Of a DNA stretch of 64,000 nt, positions 57,735 through 64,000 are shown piece after piece (position 1 is the first letter of the stretch; each line of letters starts with the position of its first letter). The translations under genes and the position numbers were made by a program. A model generated the notes under the pieces. It had not been told where the DNA came from, did not search any database, and was given only the letters and a program-made list of their open reading frames with translations. This DNA comes from Phoronis australis. Taxonomy: Eukaryota; Animalia; Phoronida. The stretch lies in contig NMRA01000060.1 of assembly GCA_002633005.1 (NCBI GenBank), forward strand, positions 975,355-1,039,354. Direction: 5' to 3'.

Positions 57735-60700
57735 ATGGCGTCTCTTTGTTTGTCAGTTCTCGCATTATTGGTAAGTACTGAAACAGAGCTTATGTTCACG
57801 TTTTATGTCGTTAGAATAAATTCACCAAGCTGACGTCTGCTGAATTCTACTGGTGATCGCCAGAGCACAGTCAACAGGGGGTGGAAGGACCTTTTCCTAT
57901 ATATAAATGAGCATAAATTCACATTTATGTTATCTTGTCGCCTTAGTTCGAACTTTCACTTGTTGGGACTTCGAAACAGCGCTTAGTTATGTACAACTTT
58001 AAAAAGTGGCATCACCGGCGAGAAAAGCGATTTTCTAAAAGTAAGCCCCAGCGCGGAAGCTATCCTGTAAACTTTGCGTTCAGAGCAAAACGCTCTGCTG
58101 ACGCGCTAAACCGCACCCAATAAAAGACAAATGAGTATTTTAAACGTAATTAGTTGGTAAAAGTGACCAGCCTCGAATTGGCGAAGGGCTGGTAGACGTT
58201 GACGAGAAAGAATGGGCGGTATGTTATGAAAGCACAAAAATAACGGGTTTTGTTGATTTTTAGCTCTGGTTGGTCAAACCTGCAGAAACCTCGTTACGTA
58301 TGGCAGCACTTGAATAAGTATCCACAATGCATGAGCCAGCTGTCACTCACTACTGTGGCCATTTTAGGTGGTAGCACACTTCCAAAAATAAAAGTTTAAA
58401 ACCAAAAAATCCTATTAAATTCAATTAAGTTTGAAAGAATTGGAGTTGAGTTGAACGAGAATTATTTGTTTCGACTGAACTAACTAGCGTGAAAATTCGT
58501 TTTATGAGGTTTTTAACTAAAATTAATCGGAAATAGTATCTTTAGTATCCTCCGAAGTGAGTCCGCCCTTAAAATATTTCCCGTTTCGTAATCGATACTG
58601 AATGACAGCACGTGAATGTTACTTGCTGAATGTTCGTACCATGAACGTCCGCACTGCTAATAACCTGCAAACATGTATCTGGTCACGTAGCTTACTGCAC
58701 AGTAGCTTGTGTAGTCGAGGAGATAACATGTAAACGGAAGGTTCTGGAGTTTATCTGTGCATCAAATTCATCGAAACGGAAGAATGAGACAGACAAATTC
58801 TAGTGATAGATTTCATGCTACCCAAAAAACAAGGATACCACACTCATGAACAATGTTAATGAACACGGCTCACCGAACGCTATGATAATTGAGTTTTGAC
58901 CCTGCGATAAATGTTTTTCAACAGAGTGGATACTAAAGGATAATGCCACCCAAAAAAACAACCTAGTTTGGATCAGTTTAGATGGAGTAGTTCCACTCGG
59001 TAACAGCAAGTACAGCTCTTTTGCCTGACACCTGACGGCAGGCGGAGATGTTGAAATTAACCAATGACGTCAGAGGTTCGAACTAAGTCTGTTCAGCAGT
59101 TAACACTCTTACTGGTGTCAGCTTATCGCTTGAATTCACCGTTTTACATGAATAAATCATCAAAATTCAATCAAAAACCTTTACAAATACACCGAGTTAT
59201 TGAACAAACGTGTGATTTTATTTCGCTGTTGCGGATTTTTAGGTATTTGAACGTACCGTAGCCTAAAAAGTTCGGTAGGCCAATTTACCGTGACCAAGGT
59301 TGGTCAGCGGAGTTAGGGGACTGTTCGGTGATAAATTCAAATTATTCGTCCGTGAAATACAGACAGGAGAAAATAGCTGTGTGTTGTAATTTTTAACGCG
59401 ATTTTTCAGTTCTAAACACACAAAACGCTTGCTATCCCGGCCAGTTGCTCAAAACCCGATGAGGCCCACATCGCCGCGGCCGGACTGAAGACATCACGAA
59501 CATCAACCAGCCAGAGTTAGAAACTAAACTACACTATACTAGTGAGCCACAGAAAAAATGTGCACGTGATTGTTTTGGTAAATTAGCCGCGAAACTGCAA
59601 ATCTACTTACTAGCTCGTCGGGGTTAGCGAAGTCAGTTTTCCCTTCCACAAAACCGTCAGGGCAAACGTTGTACAGTAACATGTGTATGAATAATTAAAT
59701 AAATATTCCCCTAATATCTGACCGTAGGATATAAAGTCGAATTATTGCGTTTCACAAAAGCTTTATGTCAGGAAACACTGAATCAGCATGAGCTCGGACG
59801 GCCTCGGTGCCCGGTCATTTAGTTTAAAGCCGGTACTAAAACGCAGTGATTTATTCATTGCTGGCTTCTCAAAACATTGGCACTCACGAACACTCCAATG
59901 CAATACAAATTGTATCTAATGAGAAAGATTTCATTTCAGTTTTATTTAAGTATTGGTTAGGGTGAGAATAATTCATTTTGAAACAGAACGTACAATAAGA
60001 AACGTGAACTCGCAATCCCGACTTACATGAGTGCTCATCCGACGAACTGACTTCACAAGTTAATCGTTAGGTTTCACAGGATATCAGTTCGAACCGAAAT
60101 ACACTGATCAACAAATAATAGAGAGGATCTGCGAACGTACAAAGACAACGGAACATATGGATAGTTCCGAAAACCGTTTGAATGACTTGTCATGATGTCA
60201 GTGAGCTAACCATGCACGCACCAAGCCTAAAATATAGCGGGAATCGAATTTTTCGGTGTGCACACCTTTTACTGACAAAAAATCTACTAAGAAACTAGGT
60301 TCAGGCATGCGCGCAGAATTCATGTGCAGATTTTGTGAACTTTTGGATGCAATGTGTTCACTCCTAAATTCAAAGTCAACTTCGTCCCAACTCGCGGCGT
60401 ATCAAACGAGTTAACGATTGAGCAGGAAAAGACCGCCCAAGGTGACACGCAACAAACCTAACTGAAATATGAAACTCATCCTCCCATAGTCATCGCCAAT
60501 TTTACACCACCAAAACACCCACTTGACACCAATTTTGTGCCCCCTCCATCGATTCTCAGGCATCTCCCAATCCAGTTGTTACCAGTTTCACGCGGCCAGT
60601 CCCACACAGACTATGGCTGTTGATTACAACATGAACAATGACACCGCCGAAGACAACCACAATTTCCACTACACCGAAATGCTACAGGTGGAAGGCGTTG

Positions 60701-62856
60701 CTCTGACAAGAAATAATTATGTAAAACGTATTAAGGTCAAATTTTTGTGGCATCGAACCTGAAAAACAGATTCAAAGTGAGTCTCTACTACTGAAACAGG
60801 TGAAACTGTTCACCAAGCATTTTTACGGTTTCTTCATAAATATTTGGAATTTATGTTCATGTTAAAGCATTTCTCCTTTAGTTTCAAATTTCAAAAAACG
60901 TTCTGTTAACTACTCGTCACTTCGTCGATTTTTTATCTAAAAATTCTTTCTGCGTTCAAAGTGACTAACTCTTCTTTAGCATCCCAAGTAGTAATTTTTA
61001 CGAGATTTTGCGTTCCGTGCCTCTTTCTTAGTGACACAAGACTTAAACATCTCATGTCGCTTTCATAAAGCAGACCTCTTCAGTAATTTATCCATGGGAA
61101 TGTGAAATAAATTCATCTTCAAAATCTTTGTTTTCTCAACTATGTCTTCTGTTTCTTCCTCGGTCATTGCCTAGCAACACATCTGTCAGCTCACAACTAC
61201 TCACATTTGCGCATGCACCATAACTTGGTTCCCAGGGCTCATACTCCAGACGTCACTGATATCGTGACCAATCTAGTGGGTCTGTGGAGGAGACAGAGTT
61301 GGACCAAAGAAATAACTTAATTAGTAATTAACAAATACAGCGGATTTCCGAAAGATTTCCTTAGGAGTTTTTCTTTAACAAGGCCGGCGTGCGTTCCGTC
61401 GGCGCGACAACCTCGCGAAAACGCAAGTGCTCATAACACGTCGTGTGATATCGCGAAAGCGAAGCATGTGGTCACTCTTGCTTGCTTCGCAAGATTCTTG
61501 CGTCTGAGCAACATAGCCAAGGTTAGTCTTTCGGGAGAGTTTTGCATGCCTGCCAAGGTATACACTAACAGTATGGAATATATGTCAAGAAAGACGAGCG
61601 TTTCATGAGGGAGCTTACATAATGTCCTGGTCGCCGAGGTTGGAGTGTTGACCAATGAGATGAATTTCGGGCTCACTGTTGTTGACAGTGTTTTCCAAAA
61701 CTGAAAACCCAAACGTGTCGGAAGAAGATTATTCATCAGAACGTGCAGCCCGGAAGTTCTTCCACCGTACAGTTGTAGATCGAACTTCAACACTCGGAGA
61801 TTACACTTCGGTATACCATGTAAACATGAATTTAAAGCGGCTGTAAACCAGTCTTACGCCGCAAAAAATGAATTAAATAACTTTCCGTTATGAAATTAGT
61901 CTCAAGTTGTTCCATAAAACAAATAGATGAGATTGGTCTTGGGGAGACCAAATTCTATCAATTGATTTAACACGGCGTGTCATTTTAAGTACACCGAACA
62001 TGGCCTACAGGAAAGAAGGACTATCAGTTCTTTGCAATGTCCAGTGCCGTGCCGGTCATCTAATAAGGAACTTGATTATATATCCGTAAGGGGTTCAAAG
62101 CAAAAAAATCCGATGAAAAGCAGGTTAATTGCAAGCTGTAGGCTGTCTATCTCCGGATTTAAGTGCTAGTGAACAAAAACCCTGTTTGTCACTTTAGAAT
62201 GAAACTTATAGGTGCATGCCCATATGTGAAAAAACACTTGCAAAAACCTTTTTTGTGAATACTTCAGATGTTGGTTCATGGGCCTAAATACGTTCGTAAA
62301 TGGTAGATATAAATATAAACGCAGACACACACAAGGAGTCGACACTTGTTTTCCTGCACAGATGCTTCTCTTTATTTTAGGCTTCAGTTCACGTGACCCT
62401 CCCTTCCGGGTCTTCTGATAACAGTTGTTCCACAACAATAACGACTGCGTCCTGTGACAATACGGCAGTGACTCTTGCAGATGTCAAAACTGAGCTGGAA
62501 CGCATGTCGGAGTTGTACAACCAGATGAATACTTTGTTGTCTGCGATGAACGCAAATCTGATGTCGCAGGCTAAAAGTAATGCTGCAAACACGAAGGCTT
62601 TCAAACAGCAAATTGTCATGCCTTGCATCGAACGTGGCTGACATTAAAACTAAGGTTACCGAAATTGACAATCTAAATTCCCTCATTTCAAACAATGGAA
62701 ATAAACTGGACCGGATTTTGAACACGAGTAGGCTTACACAAGATGAAGCCAAAAGACATCAAGCACAGGCTACAGCTGCTCATGAAAAACAACAGATGGC
62801 GCTCGATTATCACACGTCAAAGCTAGATTCCTTGAGCCAATGTTTTTGCCGTAAGG
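57735..62856 (+). CDS. Unknown secreted coiled-coil protein, 5' exons (57735-57770, 62381-62856); 1-nt frameshift in exon 2 (pseudogene or sequence error)
   Basis: AAGATGG start; MASLCLSVLALL|GTAAGT joins in phase to TTTTAG|ASVHVTLPSGSSDNSC...LADVKTELERMSELYNQMNTLL...; the heptad-like sequence continues in the +1 frame NSKLSCLASNVADIKTKVTEIDNLNSLISNNGNKLDRIL...CFCRK-G|GTAAGT. Confidence 0.7.
59430..60170 (+). mobile_element. Second, diverged copy of the 24025-24820 Kolobok-like segment
   Basis: Colinear identity, e.g. TATTGGTTAGGGTGAGAATAATTCATTTTGAAACAGAACG; encodes GFTGYQFEPKYTDQQII. Confidence 0.75.
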
Positions 62857-64000
62857 GTAAGTGTTTTTAAAAGTTCTCAGAACGTCACGATTAATACTTT
62901 AACTCTTCTAATCACCGGGAAAAATCTATTATGAACCGGCTAAGGTACCAACGTCGCTGTGTATTTTTGAGTCTGGAATGACACCAAGTTACTGGCGACG
63001 GGGTGGAATTTTGAAACTTGTGACAATTGGGGAACAAAACTTATTAACAACAGGTACACAAACAGTTGTGGTCCATGGCGTTTCACATCAAATTTTCATG
63101 TGCCTACTCAATAATTTTGCTTGCCTCCCGACCTGCAAAGGATTTTCGTTCAATGATATATATGAACCTACACCACGTCTTCCTGAAAATATTTTAGCAC
63201 TCCGGACCTGCGTTTTTACAGATAGGCCTACTAAACCCTTTGAAAATTTTGTAGTCACGCATTATTGTGCTGGATATTAAAAAATATATTCGAAGTTAGA
63301 CCCGATGTGGTAAATGAGAAATGGAGCTTACCGTCGGAGAAAATTTTTACTTGAAGTTCATTTAATACCTTAGTAAGTTCACAAAAGACCCTAACCAAAA
63401 ATTGGATTGTTTAGGTTTAGACTAGTATCCAGGAATACTGCGGCATATGCCTTCTTAGACAAAATTTAGATAAGAGATAACTGCCAATGGACGGTTCCAA
63501 CAAACCCGTCTAATCCACGCCTACCATAGTTACCGTGGTTGAAGTGAATGTGAATGAATGTCCTCTGTGTACTTTCTGTATTTATTTTAGTTTATCGTAG
63601 AAGTTGAAATGTTCTTTTATAATCCTAATTAACCCTTAAAATTTTGGAACAGAATTGGAAACTCCGATAAATGTTTTTTTTTTTTTGATTGTCAAAGGTG
63701 ACTAAGGCATTTGGCAAGCTAATTGACGGTCGTAGGGAAAGACTCTCAGTCATACGACAAATTTGTAACAAAACGATTAAATTTTCAGATGAATGATGAA
63801 TTTTCTCTCTCGGGAAGTACCAATGATAAAATAGCGGGTGCTGAATTACAAACCAAATTTCAATGTGAAATCGCCTCAGCAGGACTATCGTATCCCTTAC
63901 TGTATTACTCCGCAAATAACCGCATGCCACTCTATGCGGAACAATGAAGTTTTTCCGCAAGATTTTTCCATTCAGATGTACTGCATACAGGCGCGTGAGT

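Noticed and set aside
63723-63947. 74-aa ORF as the next exon of the secreted protein
   Set aside because: The acceptor at 63788 gives an immediate stop in the phase 1 frame; no recognisable domain.

Overview
Eukaryotic, intron-rich and repeat-rich DNA, most likely from a bilaterian invertebrate (inferred from gene and repeat types), in a draft assembly with single Ns at 8983 and 14500 and a 60-N gap at 23741-23800. Two complete genes were reconstructed by hand with GT-AG introns and consistent phases: CWC27 (+, 10 coding exons, 5330-20419, 454 aa) and an ARSB/I/J-type arylsulfatase (-, 8 coding exons, 41037-28437, 566 aa, intact CTPTR motif). There are also two exons of an MLX/bigmax-like bHLH-Zip gene (+, 46731-47643) whose downstream exons I cannot find, and the 5' part of an unrecognised secreted coiled-coil protein gene (+, 57735 onward) carrying a 1-nt frameshift. 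The rest is a 3.5-kb 10-mer satellite and layered transposon debris: two Helentron-associated (HINE-like) families, hAT-type MITEs with 5- and 8-bp TSDs, a 4.6-kb P-element-like THAP element with a 7-bp TSD plus an apparent excision footprint, a Kolobok-like deletion derivative, and LINE, SINE and DIRS remnants. The most striking pattern is that the two HINE families carry roughly 150-bp-periodic arrays of transcription-factor motifs: co-oriented CTCF consensus sites in one and perfect nuclear-receptor DR1 elements in the other. Most ORF-track entries are spurious. All family assignments come from motif recognition; no database searches were run.
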